DNA of 63,687 nucleotides, counting the filler, from Choristocarpus tenellus KU-1152 (lineage: Eukaryota; Protista; Phaeophyceae), in the NCBI GenBank assembly GCA_964200185.2. It is 11 parts of 11 records of this genome, joined end to end, with 100 filler letters (N's around TTAATTAATTAA, not from the genome) between each part and the next. Parts side by side here need not be neighbours in the genome. Positions count along the whole stretch, not along the records: positions 11,846 to 15,230 come from CAXNAD020020398.1; positions 15,331 to 34,174 come from CAXNAD020000514.1; 9 more parts are not named here. One strand, 5' to 3'. The notes under the pieces are model-generated. The model had not been told where the DNA came from. It did no database searches and saw only the letters and a list, made by a program, of their open reading frames with translations. Every line of letters begins with the position of its first letter. Within the stretch, counting starts at the first letter, position 1. The position numbers were made by a program, and so were the translations under genes. Shown here piece by piece: positions 13,255-27,800 of the stretch.

Positions 13255-15159
13255 CTGTCACTGATACTGCCCCCAACTATGAGAGGCCCTGGTGTAACAC
13301 CAAAACGGTCTACTTTTCTATTGTAGAGTCAGCCAACCACTCGATCTAAAAAATACTCCCTAATCCACCCCTAACCAAATCAGTTGCGTATATGAGTAAT
13401 CATGATTCCACTGATTAGTGGAGTCGACTTGAGGGATTAGGCACGAGGGTACCCACAGATACACCGAATCACGTATCACACAGTCCCTCGCCTTTTCCTA
13501 GCCACTTGCGCTGGTCCAACACGTTTTTTTCCCCTCTGTGACTGAGAGACGAGGAATAAGGGTAAAAGAGTTGTAAAGTGGAGTACGATGAATTCAGATA
13601 GGCTGCGGCCCTCCTCTTCTTTGGGACACTCCGATGTTCTCGAACACTTCGAAGAACAAAGTTTTCCCTGAAGTTTGACCCCCACGCTTCGCAACTTTGT
13701 TGTTCGCCCCTCTCCCCTCGTGCACTACTTCTATTTATACCCAACACGCACAACTTCAGGCGTCTCGTTGTGTCCTGAAAACAGCACTATTGGAAAACTA
13801 TTGTTCAGCTGCTCCTTGAGTTCAACAACAGAAGTCATATGGATCCTGAGATTGGTCGTGGTTTATGCTTCAGTCGTAGGGTTAGGGGTAATATAGTAAA
13901 AAATATATACATATTTATATACTACAAAAACTACTATAATAAGAAGTGATCGGAGTGAGGAAGGGAAAAATATGAAACGAATGGGAGAAAAATATAATTT
14001 GTTGAATATTGGATAGAATTCTGGACCCCTATATTATGACGTTACGTGTACTCTATCGAGAGATTTCAACCCTATTCATGAGAGAGACGTTCAACGAAAG
14101 GGACAAATTGTTGAAAACTGATTTCTTATGAGTTGTGTGTTGTTGTGATATGTCTGGTGTGTGACGAAGGAGGTCATAGCGCAACAAAGCACTGATGAAT
14201 TTGTTCTGGTAGGTCTGATGACATGTTGTATTCAGTCAGACAGTTTTCGATGTGAAGGAATGTTTGGTTGTGCTGTGATTAACACGTTTAGAGGCAAGTG
14301 TGTGTCATAGTGCAACAAGACACCTGCGGGTTCGGTCTGGTGCGTCTGAAGAGATGAGAGATGTCTTACTCAATCAGACTTTGGTTGGGGTGGAATGTGT
14401 ACTGGTACGTCTGTGACATGTTTTACTCAAAGCATACTGTGATTGATAGAAACTGTGTGGTGGTCATTCATTGAGGCGCTCAAATTAAGAAATTCATCCT
14501 TCTTTGTGAAGAGGGCTCTCACCTTGGCAGAGAAGGGTTTCGAATAATGGGTTTAACTCTGTTTATTTTGCATCCCAGCGTGTGTCTTATACGTGTTGCA
14601 GAGTGATGGGATGTCTTACGAGGGGACAATGTCAGTCAAGAAAAAATAAGATTCAACACATACTGTGCAACAAATAACTTGTGTCAATTAGAATCAACAC
14701 GAGGAAGAAAGAAGAAGCCAAGTTTGAATCCATATCTAACGCAACTACTGTCACACATAGATGCTTGTATGAATGATAGTTAGCGACTGTTCCTATATTT
14801 CCTATAATATGCGAAAATAAGACACTACGCTGGTGTTGGAATAGATGGTGCAATTTTAAATATGAATAGATCCAGAGATAAATCTACAGACCAATCAATT
14901 ATGTTGTTTAGACAACACAGTCAGTTTGTATATCGGTATGTGTGATATCAAACACTACCGGTTGTATTCCTTTATACAATGAATGGCATATAGTGTTCAG
15001 GTCCAATAAGGGACACGGTTTTTTGGCAATACCAATGCTATACTATAGACACCACTGATGGAGTAGGTATTATGGAGCGTAGCTAGTCGTATGGATGATT
15101 GGCGCCCAACAGATGTACTGGGGTCGGGGTCTGGTGTTGGGTTTATTCATTGAGATAAC

Positions 15160-15230
15160 GGGTCAAAGTATCTTGGGGGGGGGGGTGGTTTGTGAGGGGG
15201 CGTCCGTTTCGGTCAAACAACGTTTTTTTT
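15160..15230 (+). mobile_element. MITE family C, left end (cut at contig end)
   Basis: GGGTCAAAGTATCT, a G-run, then TTGTGAGGGGGCGTCCGTTTCGGTCAAACAAC; the internal sequence matches 48245-48277. Confidence 0.75.
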
Positions 15231-15686
15231 NNNNNNNNNNNNNNNNNNNNNNNNNNNNNNNNNNNNNNNNNNNNTTAATTAATTAANNNNNNNNNNNNNN
15301 NNNNNNNNNNNNNNNNNNNNNNNNNNNNNNGATAATCTTGAAGAACATTACCCCCCCCCCCCGCCCTAAATCTCTCTCTACACCTTCTCTTCAACAGGCT
15401 AATGAGAAGCTTTGGGTTGGGTCCATGTATGGTATTTTGTATCCAAAATTTTCATTGTTGCTGTTCTCACATCGATCAGGTGGTGTATTTCTTATTTGAA
15501 GGGGGGAAGTCATAACATTCTATCCCCCTTCATTGCACACCTATTTGTTCACGAACTGCTTTATAATGCAGTTAAAAAAGAAAACTGTAGCACTCTGCTT
15601 CTTGTTGTGTTGATTGCTTCTCCTGTTTTGCTTCAAGTCTTATCCAAATATGATCCATTTATTTTGGTACCGGTTGGTGTCCATAG

Positions 15687-16647
15687 GAAGTGTATGCTGA
15701 CGATGAATATTGGTACATGGTCATGGAGCTGGCATCAGGCGGTGAGCTCTATGACCGTCTGACAATGAAAGAGGGAATGCTGGGGGACCAAGAGGTTCGA
15801 GGCTTGGTGCGGGAGGTGGCTGCAGCAGTAGCCCACCTGCATGATCGTGGTATTGTCCACTTTGACATAAAACCCGAGAACATCCTACTTGGGCAACCTG
15901 GCTCTGCCACATTGTGTGAGACGACAGAGCTTGGGGAGGAAGGCAAGGGCGGGAAGTCTGGTTTGGTCGATGATGAAACTGTTTGTGATGAGATAGTTTG
16001 TGAAGGTGTGGTCTCTGAGTCCAGCTTGGGAGATGGAGAGGGAGAAGAGTGCAGTTGCTTGGGGGTGGTGAGGAGACCTAGTGTTGGCAAGGTCCTTCTT
16101 ACAGATTTTGGCTCAAGCTTCAGGATGAATGGAAACTCTGGACGGCAGGCACAAAAGGATTACACAGCTGCCTACAGTGCCCCTGAAGTGATCAGCTCCG
16201 GGGTTGTGGACCAGAAGGCTGACGTGTGGTCCCTTGGGGTTATTGCCTATATCATGGTGAGAGAGAGACTTTGGGGTTTAGGAGGATCAGTATAGCACAT
16301 TCAACCTCTTTAAGTAGGGAAAGACACACAACTACCACTCTACTTTACTTGTGCCGTCCCTACCCAGGTATATGACCTATCTGTGAAATGGTGGACCTCA
16401 GCATGTATACAATACTCCGTCCCATTTTGCACAGGTGAAGGGCACCCACCCTTTTGACCCAACAAGTCAGGCTGGGCGAGAGGAGATTGAGGCAAATGTG
16501 AAGCAGGCAAAACCTGACTGGGAGGGAGTGGAACCAAGGGCTGCAGCTCTACTGTGTCGCATGTTGGCACTCAACCCTGCGGACCGTCCAACTGCTAGGG
16601 AAGTCTTGAATAGCCCTTGGTTACAGCATGTCAGGCAGGGGGAGTAG
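15687..16647 (+). CDS. Ser/Thr protein kinase (CAMK-like), C-terminal exons 15687-16256 and 16435-16647
   Basis: Motifs VMELASGGELYD, HFDIKPENILL, DFG, APE, DVWSLGVIAYIM|VKGTHPF and RPTAREVLNSPW; canonical splice sites; ends at TAG. Confidence 0.92.
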
Positions 16648-19600
16648 CACCTTTTGTGATGTCATGTTTCACTGTAGGGGTGATTTTTTGCTGGTGGATA
16701 GAAGATAAAAGTAAGACAGGCAATGAACCGTTTGTCTAATTGGTGTGGTATGTAGGAAGCTGTAGACTGCCTGTAAATTCAAGCAAAGATTAGGAGACTG
16801 CTAATAAGTGATGCATGAAGGGCAGGTAAAGGGAAAGATGTACAAAGCTTGCCTGTGAAGGCTGCAGATATTGTGGAGTAGGATTCCATTAGCTCTATCG
16901 TGAGTCTCTGCAGGTGGAGGCAATTTGGGTTTTTGTGGTAGGGGAGGATTCGACATTGTCACTGAGGGGTGTGGATGGGACTTTTCACTTGTTTGCCCTT
17001 GTAGGAGAATAGGTGCTATTCCTGGAGATTTTCTTGATGACACGGAGGGAAGGATTTGAATTTCATATCATGATTGGTGGGCGTGGGGTGTGACTGAAGG
17101 CTGTCCTACTGCCACCCTCAAGAGGGAACCACTAAAGTGTGAGACAGTCTCTTGCCTCTCGTAGACGAGTTATTGCTCTGGGGTGCTGTCTGGGGCGAGG
17201 AGGGGGGAGGGTTTTTGCTGATATGTTGTCACATGAAATGTTGCAGTATTCAACTAGTGTGGGAATTAGTAGTGAATTTCGCTTTGTACAATACTTAAAT
17301 TGCTGTGGCGTGTCTGCATTGTTTTGTGTCTCTTCTTCTCTTCTTTAACCTTGTTTCATTGATCAGGTCGGGAGGGTCATGGGAAGAAAAAGGTTGAGAA
17401 TATGAAAAATGGGATAAGGTGTATTAGGCCAACGAAAACTCCTGGGGGATAAAACTTAACTGCGACTTCTTGCCTTCTACATACTTTCTTGAAGCAAGTT
17501 TTCCGGTTTTGGGGAGGATGAGTTGGAGTCATGCAACCCTTGGACTGACATAACGGACTTGGCTGATAAGTGCTGGCTGAGATGCTTTCTCTGAGGTGAT
17601 CTTTGCGAGAGTGATTGTTAAGTGGTGATGTACAGTAGGCTCTCCGGCGAGATGGAGGAAATGGGTGTAAGGGGTCATTGCAGTAGACAACAATGTCCTG
17701 TTTTGCCTACCCTGACCTCCCTCTTCTGCCTATGTCCCTATCATGTAGTATTTTTGTTGCTCCTGGGAGCAACGGATGGTTGGATGTGTAGCATCATATG
17801 TATTGACTTGTGCACAAGTACCATACTGACAATTTTGAAAGTCTACTTTTCAAGGAATTTCAAGTATTTTTTTTTATTGATGGTTGCCTTTTAAGACTTT
17901 GATTTTGCAACTTTGCACCACCTATCCTACTCCATATTTTTTTCATTCTGGTGAACAAGGCACATGAAATTTGATGGGTTGACATACCAACTCCTTGCTT
18001 GAAGTGAGAGGGTACTCCAGTTCTATGCTCTTCAGGTGTCATAAGTGAGGGTGAGAGAGACAGTGAAACATGTGCCACACTGTATCTTTGGTTGTATTAT
18101 GCAACTGACTAAACACCTTGATGACGAGGTCAATGCTACAGAGAGATATTGTTGCTCATCATTGCTTTGTGAATGCAAGGCGGAGTGAGATGGGTTTTTC
18201 CCATGAGCTTACACATACTGCAATCATTCAGTGCTAGGCATTCATGCTAAGCACTTGATATTAATGCAGGCTAATTGTTGAAAACCATCTTTAAGCATCT
18301 GGAGAATGCACCTTACTGTGTATTGAATACAGTCGAGGCCAGCATATTAAAAGCTACAACTCTATACATCTTTTTGTACATATTTTTTAAAACAGTGCGT
18401 GACAACCACTCTACACTGCTCTGAGGGATTCATGCTTCAAGGGTGCATGGTCTGAGGAGATAACTTACTATTACCGCTATGTGTGAAGACCTGGAGGGCA
18501 AGAACATATCTAATTCCTGTTGCCTTCTATGTTGCCATTGTCATAACCACTGTGTCATAGTTGACATGAGCCGAAGCTGCCAGATACACTGTTCTGCTGA
18601 GATCTGCTACAACTATGAGGTGAAGTAAAAAAGAGGCAGCCAGTTTTTGACTCCCAGCATCCTTAAAATGCAACCCTGGATACCTCTTGTTTACTTTGAC
18701 TCTAGCCACATTTGCAATGTTTCCACTATGAGTGGTGGGGGGCTGCAAGCTGAGGAGCTGGAGCGGCCGAACAACCATTAGTTAAATGCACGACCGCTGA
18801 GTACCAAATATATATTTTTTTTAATGTTTGAGGAGATGGAGGGCATGAAAACAAGATTTGCGCCGGTTGGGAACGTCAAATACTTCAAAGCATAATGAAG
18901 TCAACTATTATTATGGTATTGTGTCCGTCCCATTGAGTCCGTGTATTTTATCGTTTGTCTAATAGTAATGCAACATGACAAATACCACATCAGAGTCTGT
19001 ATCATGTAATGCACACTGCTGCTGTGGGTGTCACTGTGATGACCGCCATCCTTTTTTTGACACACAAGAAATTGCGTGCATCATATGAAATAGATACACA
19101 CTCCAGAGTATGTGTCATATGCTACATGCGACTTCGAATTGCATATTCGTAGGATGTATCAGAGGGCTGGCAGCACACCTACCTCAAAAGCAATTATATG
19201 CGAAAAACGGACCAAAAAATGAAGGAAATAATGCACTCAACAAACCAGCCTTTTCTGTTTGTTGCTCATGGAGATTGTTACTGGTGAGGACCCAAGCCAA
19301 ACAAGGCTCAATCTAGCACAATGTTGTGTGTGTATGCATTCCTTGTGTTACAATGCTGAGGATCTTACAGAGAACGTGACCATCTGACGGTATTATGATG
19401 AAGTTTGTATGTATGAAGTCTGAGTGGTGCTTTCCTTCCCTCTTCCCACACGTGGTCCGTGTTCTCACTTGTAATAATAATAACCCTAACTGAGCTTCAT
19501 GAGTGGAAATGATGACAGCAAAACATCAATAACAACCTGGTGATCATAATGCTCATCATAGTGAGACCGAAGATTGGATTAGTATAACCAAATACTGAAA

Positions 19601-21841
19601 CTAATACAAGAAATGGCATGGTCATGTGAACAATGAACTTGTTGAGGTGAAGAAATGAGTGAATGATGGGATGGTGCTGTTGGTGTGGTGATATGAAGTG
19701 GCAAGCAACAGATCTATTATATATAGCACCCACAATAACATCTGAAAAATTTACATGTACTCATCTAAAGGTAGTGTGTACCACGTAGGTGACAGGATGC
19801 ATGCATATTGCATGCTACACATACTATACCACATAAAACACACACAAACAGAAAAATACGTGGAGGTATTGCAATACTACTATCATCGAAGCTACCAAGC
19901 ATCCACGGGAATGAATTTAATCCAGAAAGAAAGAATAAATCACACACCACTTGGCTCAGTCTCTTCCTGTTAAGGAGGGAGATCTGAATCAATGGGAAAG
20001 TATAAAAAGCAGAACAATAAGCATGGTGGTACAGCACACACATACAACATACATACTGCTACTACTACCAATGCCAATCACAATCAAAAATGTGATCCTG
20101 ATGATTACTGAAGGCTACTTATTTTGATTGGCTGTCAGCTCAGAGTGGCCAGACCCCCCTCATTTATCAGGGGGCCACATTGCCACGGTTGCTCACATTG
20201 GACCTGCTGTAATAGTAAAAATGTGCCTGGTTGTCATTTCATCAGCCTCTTCCCACTCTCTGCCAACACAATAATTTCAAAGCGACCCACATGTTAACCC
20301 AAATGTTATACAACTCATGTAATACTACATAGCATCATCTATGTTGCAGCAGTACTCTCCCCCCATCCTTTTCTTCACAACACACAACTAATCCATACTG
20401 GGGTGAGGTCTTCCTGCTCACATTACCTGAATTTGCCACAATCCTCCTCTGACGAGGACAAGTTGACAGAAAAGAACTGTAAACCACACCCAATACACTT
20501 TAGTACTCAGAAGTATAGTTTTTAAGCAATGCCTTCAAAACTCACAACAAAGACCCACATCACACCTCTCTGCTTGCACAGTGAGAGACCTTGGGTGAAG
20601 GGAGGGTTCAATTCATGGCACCATGCTCAATCCTCTGACCCTCACTCAGGGTCCCTGCAGAGAGGTTTCCACTTACAGACTGTCATTTTCAAGTACTCTT
20701 GCCAGGTCCTCAAGGTCATGATCAGATATTCCTATTTTCCCCACTTCAATCCCCTCCTTAAGGAGGTGCACACATGCACAGTCAGCAAACCACAGACATA
20801 AGCAGTGAGGGTGACAATATTTAGCACACTTGAGTTGGCTGTACTCGACCATTTTTTGTTACAAATACAACACTTCACAGAGAAATAAGGAGGCACTATG
20901 AAGGGGTGAGTTGACATTGACATGTTCCTTAGTATTCCATCTTCACAGTAACGCTGATAGTGATTGTGAAACCATTGCCAAAACTGCTTCAAATATGCAT
21001 GGGCAAATACTTTGAGGATACAACCACTGTTACTGTTTTGTGTATTTTTCCTTTTCCTTGTGAAATCTGGCAGGCCACTTGGCAAAATAATGAGAATAAT
21101 CTCAACTTATTGCCAATGACCTTCCAATCAAAACAAGGTAGAGATCCTATTTTTGAGTTTTCAACTGCTATTATAGAAATGAGAATAAAATGGCAGGCTG
21201 CATGGCAAATAAGTATTTCAATCTCAATCCAGTGCCAACAAACGCCCAAACCCCCCAAAAAGGTTCCAATCATGAAATTTTGGCCGTGGAAAGCACCCAC
21301 GTGACCCTGGGAGAGAGGAATGGATTATCAAGTACTTTCTCATCTGTACCGAGATATATCTTGTGGTTAGGTATTCATAGGGTGCAGTCGACAGGATACC
21401 ACTGTCTTTTGCAACACTTTCAATTTTCCCAGGTGAGCGTGAAACACAAACAATAACCCTCCGTTGTAAACACTCCATTACTTCTACCACTGCTTCAGTA
21501 CATGCTTCAATGTAAGTACTGAGAAGGGTTGCATTGGAGTTGGTAGTCCAACTGTGCTGTGCTGAGTCTGACTGAATTAGTAATAGGTTGACATTTGTAC
21601 TCCACAATTGAGAAGTAGCACGTCATGTAAATGTCCTCAAAGTCATTCTGTATGTCTCAAAAGCATAAATTGTGGCACCCACTGATCTGCAACTATCACA
21701 CTTTGAACCATCTCGCATCAATGTGTACTGAGCCCCCTTCTTGCACTCTATTTAGAAAGGAAGATTGAGCAACTCACTCACTCTATGTAAAAGGTTAATC
21801 AACTGCAGTAGTCATTACTAGAACTCATGGCATGACCACTG

Positions 21842-24800
21842 TCAGTGACTCACCTCCTCAACGCCACCAATGGATGAACTGCCTTTCAAAACATCCTTTA
21901 GCACCATGCCACCCGCTGTCACCTCCTCAGTAGCTCCTTGAGACAGTCTCCACCCCGTCCCTACCCTGACTCCTAACCCCAGTTCCATCCCTGGCAAATC
22001 CTGCCCCAATGCCGTCACATCAGACGTTCCCACCCAAGGCTCTGAGCACCTACCAGAACTCTGATGGCATTGAGTTGGCATGGAAAATGATCCATAGTGG
22101 TCTTCCCTAGCACATCGCATGAGTGCTTGGTGCATGGCCTTCATGGATCCACATGAAAGGAGAGAAAGAGCTTGAGGGGGTCAGGGTGGTGAGGTGAAGG
22201 CTGAGACAGATGTGTAAAGAGGGTCTTTGGAGGGTTTTGAAATTAGGGCTTGGGGGGGGTATTTGAGGCCGCACAAGAGAAATTCAAGGGTAGATGTGCA
22301 AAACATGTGGATAGAATCAAGCAGGTCCAAACACAAACAGTACGTGTCTGTACCCCTGACATAAAATAATATATGATTAAATGCTACTACATTCTACAAA
22401 CCATACATATAGTACTGCAATGGAAGTAGTGTAGTGAAGAGCTCATTTTCTCTGGGGTACTGCGAGCTCTGAATAAACAATTGAGGCACATAGTGAGACT
22501 GTTCCATCTTTTTTGCACCTGACACTCGAAGTAGGTGCAGTTGCATATGAGAGTGTGCCCTTGCTCGAAGGGCGGGATAGGACCAAAACGCCTGTGAATA
22601 ATGTGAACAATAATGGGTGCAAAGGGCAATAAAGAGGGCGCACAAGAGGGAGAGTGGCAAGACTGTTACAAAATGATATATTCAACAGAATAAAACAGAG
22701 GTTTAAGGGAGGGATAGCTGAAGGTGTCAACCACAAGGTTGATACAAGGCCCCTGCAGATATCTCAACTCTAAGCTGATGTCCTACAAAAAAAAAGACGT
22801 TTGAGTACATTTTCCACTTACTTTATCTTTAGGCTAGCCAATTGACTGGTCAATGTGTCATACAGCTTATGTAAATCCGCAGCTTCCAGAAGGCCTGTGA
22901 GCCAGTGAAAAACATGACGACCACCAGGGAGCCTGCAAAGTTATGGAACAAAATGCCCAGGAGGAGGGGGGAGAGTCAGAGCAGCATGCCCCAGCAATTC
23001 TCAATACTGACCAATAATGCACCTTTACCAAAGGGCACTGCTGCTTTGTTACTTTTCACATGGAGGGGATATACCTGGAGTAAGACAGAAGTCTCCACTC
23101 TAACAAAACCTCAACCCTCTTGAGCATTGTGATCTATCCTCTCTAATCTTGTATTGAAGAAGGCGTCTTCACAAACAGAAGGCGTCTTCACAAACAGAAG
23201 CGAACCTAAACGACAGCAACCTCACCACACTCACCGCACTATCCCTGGACTGCGATCAATTATTTCCACTGATCGCCGCACCCATCTAAGGGCTTTATCT
23301 GAGTTGGTCTGGCACAGGTGGGAGAAAACACTGCAATGAAGAAGATCCATTATCATTACAGAGCGCTTGGTGGTCTGAGAAGCTGAGCAATCACCGGGAT
23401 ATGATAGATGTGGTGGAGGGGAGACAGAAGTCGCACTTGGAGTCTCAGTGCCATAAAGAAGAAGGTTGACAGTTTCTAACTAAGGCTCCAATTTTCAACA
23501 TGCCATGTTCTAGAGCCCTGGAACTAGTTCAACGTCGAACTGCATAAAGGGTGCTAAAAGCAAAGATTTCCCATACAGCGTTGTGCAAGCAAGCCATACC
23601 TCCCCCTTCTTTCATTCCATCCACTAGAGGTCGAAGAGTGGAGCATGAAACAAGGGTGGAAGTCATACTCTCAATTGTTGATGGTTTGCTTCTCCTGCAA
23701 AACCTCCAAACTCAGATGCCTTTCCACTATCCCAATTATTTCCCCTTGCTTCAGATTCAAACCCTTTGCTACAATGCGGGTATAGTCGGGAAGCTGTCAA
23801 TCGCAACAGCTACAGCAAGGTATCACATGAATGCAGGTGAGGCATCTGTACCCTTTTCCTCCAGTCACTGCGGTGACACATCTGACTCTGAAAATACCCA
23901 ACAATCTATCTCTCCAGTCTCTCCACAGGCTGAAACTCCGACTCTCCTCCTCCTCACCTAGCAAAGTCTCTAACATATAATCTGCAGTGTCGGCGTGGTG
24001 TTTGGCCTCAGCTGCCACCTTTTCCCAAGGTGCACCCGCTACCACATTGCACATGAGCTGATAGCATGTGCTAGTCAGACCTGCAGTCAGCTCCATGATG
24101 CTGCGATACCCCATGCTCACAATGCGCTTCAAGTGTGACACCTTCAATGCCAGTGTGGGAATTCAAGCTAAGTAGTATTTGTGCATTAATGTAGTACGGC
24201 ACATTCCAGTACTTCTACTATAGTTTAGGTTGGACACCATGGAACAGAGGTAGTTGAATCGTGTGCAAACACATAACTCTGGATCATGGTGTTTACCCCC
24301 ACAAATATACTAGAACCTAATTGATAGGAATTTTCTTGCCGGCAGAACAGATTTAAACTGAGAGTACAGAAAAGCATGTTTTCAGGTTGTTCACTGTGAG
24401 TGATACAATCTATGAGGGGGGTGTTGAGTTATAAGGGCACTTGTGACTACCTTATAGTACATGTCTTTTGAGCACTGTGGAGGGCATGTTCAGCAATAAA
24501 TGTAGTTTCAGCTAATCTTCTCCTCGACAGTACATTCTCCTAAGGGGGTTAACTGCATTTTCAGGCATGGGCAAGATTTATATCACACAAGGTTTAAGGG
24601 GGTCCTAAAACCCCCAATGGCCAAAACCTCTGCTCTCTTAGATGATGTCGCTGTGCATGACTTACATTTGGAACAGCAAGATCATCCCCTCGAGCTTCAT
24701 CGAGCATAGCCATGCCATAACTGTTCAAGGAGACTTCTCTCACTGTTTTGTCGCCCACAACTGTGGTCAATGAATCGGTGTCTGCACTTCCAGGCAATTG

Positions 24801-27800
24801 CTCCTTCATCGCAGAGGCCACTCCCCTGAAACACTCCTGCATGTGCACAGCACTTTCCAGGCCTGGATTGGCGCTTCTGATGTAGGTTGGCAAATGTGAA
24901 ACTGCTGCCTTCCTTGCCGCTCCTGCTGTTCCTTCTCCAATCTCAGGCTTTTTCACCACCCGCGCTCTTGTTTCTGATCCAGTGGACTTGGTACCACTGA
25001 CGTTAGAGTCAAATGTGCCGATGGAGGCCTCATAGGCTGTATTGAGGCAGTGCTCTGTGTCATCATTGTCTGTTGGGGCTCTTGCTCCATCTCCTGGCAC
25101 ATTAGGAGATATTTTCGTTCACACGCGGGTATACACCATTGACACCCTCCACAATTTAGTCATGGTTTATGGCAAATGGATGGGTGGTGTGCAGTAGGGG
25201 GGGTCCTACCATCAACTTACCATGGCAAGACGAGTCTAAATTTCAAGGCTTGCAAATATAGTATTATAATTCAAATATACTATTATAATTCAAATATACT
25301 ATTATAATGCAAATATACTATTATAATGCAAATATACTGCTTGGAGATACTACGATGTTGTTAGCGTTACATACAACAGATTGAACTAAGAAAAGCCATA
25401 TCATCAAACGTCATTTCCATTACCAAAACCCAAGGATGCAACCATCACAATAAAAAAATGATATTCATGACACCAATCAACAGTCAAAAGTCATTCAGTA
25501 AAAAAGAAGAACCGATTAGGAACAGTCACTACATCCCTCCGTTACAGAGTTTGAGTTGAAACGGATTGAGTTTGGATAAACAAGGATGATAGTTCACATT
25601 CCTAAACCCTCTCCCATTGAATAAAAAGAATCAAATCGGAGGCAAGTAATTCATTGTTAGGGTTAGAGTCAGTGGAGGGGGAGGGCATGAGCTGAAGTCC
25701 AGGATCTCCTATCGGTGTAGGCCCATTTGAGCATGACAAAACATAAGCAACTTGCCATGTGGGAAGGGTTTCCATCATCGCCTGATATGACAATGAAATT
25801 CTCCAGAGCCTGGAAGATCTTCAAAATAAACTTTGTCTCCCCGGATATCTGCTTCCAATTATAACAATGCGAAAAGTGGGAGTGGAAATCAAGACAGAGA
25901 TAAGCGTGGAGATGGTTGGGGAAGTAGGTCTGCACGATGAGGGAAGGGATGTATCTCAATAGCAACTGGTTTGATGGACTAGTGGGTCCGAGTGTAAAAT
26001 GAGAAGGGGTTTGCAGGACAGTGTCTATGTCTTGCATTATGAACAAAATTATTGATTAAGGGCATAACCCAGATTGAAAAAACGTTTGTATGGTCACTAC
26101 AAAAGAGCTGGAAACACACACCTTATCACCACATTGGCGATGGTACAAATCCAAATTTGAAGCGAGGTCGAGAGAGGTGTCTGGTATTTTCAATAAATGC
26201 TATGAACTTACAAGTCTGGAAAGAGAACATAAAGCAGTCTGGATAGCATGGATCTAAGTCATACGGGAGTGATAGGGGTGGCAAAAGAGTAGTCAGAAAA
26301 GCTATCACGGTTGTGCTAATGTTTGACTCCTGAACCCTGGCAGGTAAGGAGGATCAGTGAGAGGTCACACTGAACGTTTCTGTAGCAACATTCCACGCAC
26401 AAAAGGTCCTACGGCCATCTGTCACTGTGATATACAGGCATGGTTACAGAGTAGTCATTCTGGCAAAGGAAAAGAAAAAAGAAAAAATACAGGATCGAGA
26501 TCAGGGGGGCAAAAGCAGTATACAAGTGCTTGTGGATGAATGATCGTAGGCAGTGGTAGGAGTCCAGGGTGAGTGTGAGTTCTCCTATATTGGTATTTTT
26601 CTGATAAAGAGGTTTGAAAAACAGGAAAAGAACAGGAGCCACACGATCTCCTCAGCCCAACTCTGCCGTGCCCCAACCGCTGGGCACATTGCAGTCAGGC
26701 ATACAAAATACAGGGGAGCTTTGAAGTTGCACTATCAAATGTAACATGTGAAATTTCGCACATTCATGTCTGAAAGTTCACTATGAGCAAAAGACTCAAC
26801 AATATCTACCAATACAAGCAAATACCCCATCAGACACAAAAACATAACAAGCAGCACCACAAACAAACATGTACATGGATAGCATACCTTCTTGCCCAAG
26901 GCGTCTCCAACATTTCTTGCACACGACACGTACCGATAGAAGGATGGAAAGTCATCCATGAAAACCCCAAGGTAAGCCATACCGAGATAAGCCTTCAAAA
27001 CCTTCAAATTGACAGCCAAGCAGGCATAGGAGAAACAAAAAAAAGAAACAGGTTCATCCACACAAAAGCATAGGTTGGACTGGGGAAGTATGGCACAACG
27101 GAGGTTAATCCTTTTGGCACTCACGTCCACATCTGGATATCACAAATATCAATACATAACTTAAGAGATCACTCTGCCCCCCCCCCCACTCTCTTTTTGA
27201 TGGTTGTGTTGCGCAGAGGTCTCTTCCTCACGTTCCGTTTTCAAATGTCTGAAACACACCTAAGCACTTAGTGTTAAGTATTTGTATGATGTGCAAATTG
27301 AGCATGAGGGTTATGAGAGATGACAGCACAAACCAACCAGGGGAAACAAAAAGTGCAAAATCTAAGGAGGAACGAGCATTTTACAGTCTCTACAAGGACT
27401 GGCCTTTCATGCTTTGCTCATTGTGGGATTGCCTTCCTCAGCCACACATACCACATACTGCTGGAGCATCTTACCATTTTCTCACTGCAGTGCAAGCTGG
27501 GTTCAACAAGAGATCGAAAATCCATCTCCTCGGACTTATCCCTGAATCTAATACAATGCACATTGCACCTTTGCATCACTAAATTCTGTAGGCCATTGAG
27601 AGGAAGAGATCCATGCTCTAACAATAAAATTGACTACGGCGGATTTGAGACATTGCAGGAAATTATAAACTCCCAGGAAGCTGTGCTCATACACTTTCAC
27701 CCTGAATACTACTGCATTCAAGCTTAATTGGAAGTACTTACATGATTCCAACAGTTGAGTTTGAAGCCCCAAAAATGACCACATAAAAAGATGAACATTG

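Noticed and set aside
13469-13838. Candidate first exon(s) of the 11846-13254 gene
   Set aside because: No unambiguous start or phase-compatible donor could be established.
20730-21760. Possible hAT/BED-finger relic (CCICNKKW; LIQSDSA)
   Set aside because: Motifs are too weak and not in a coherent frame or order.
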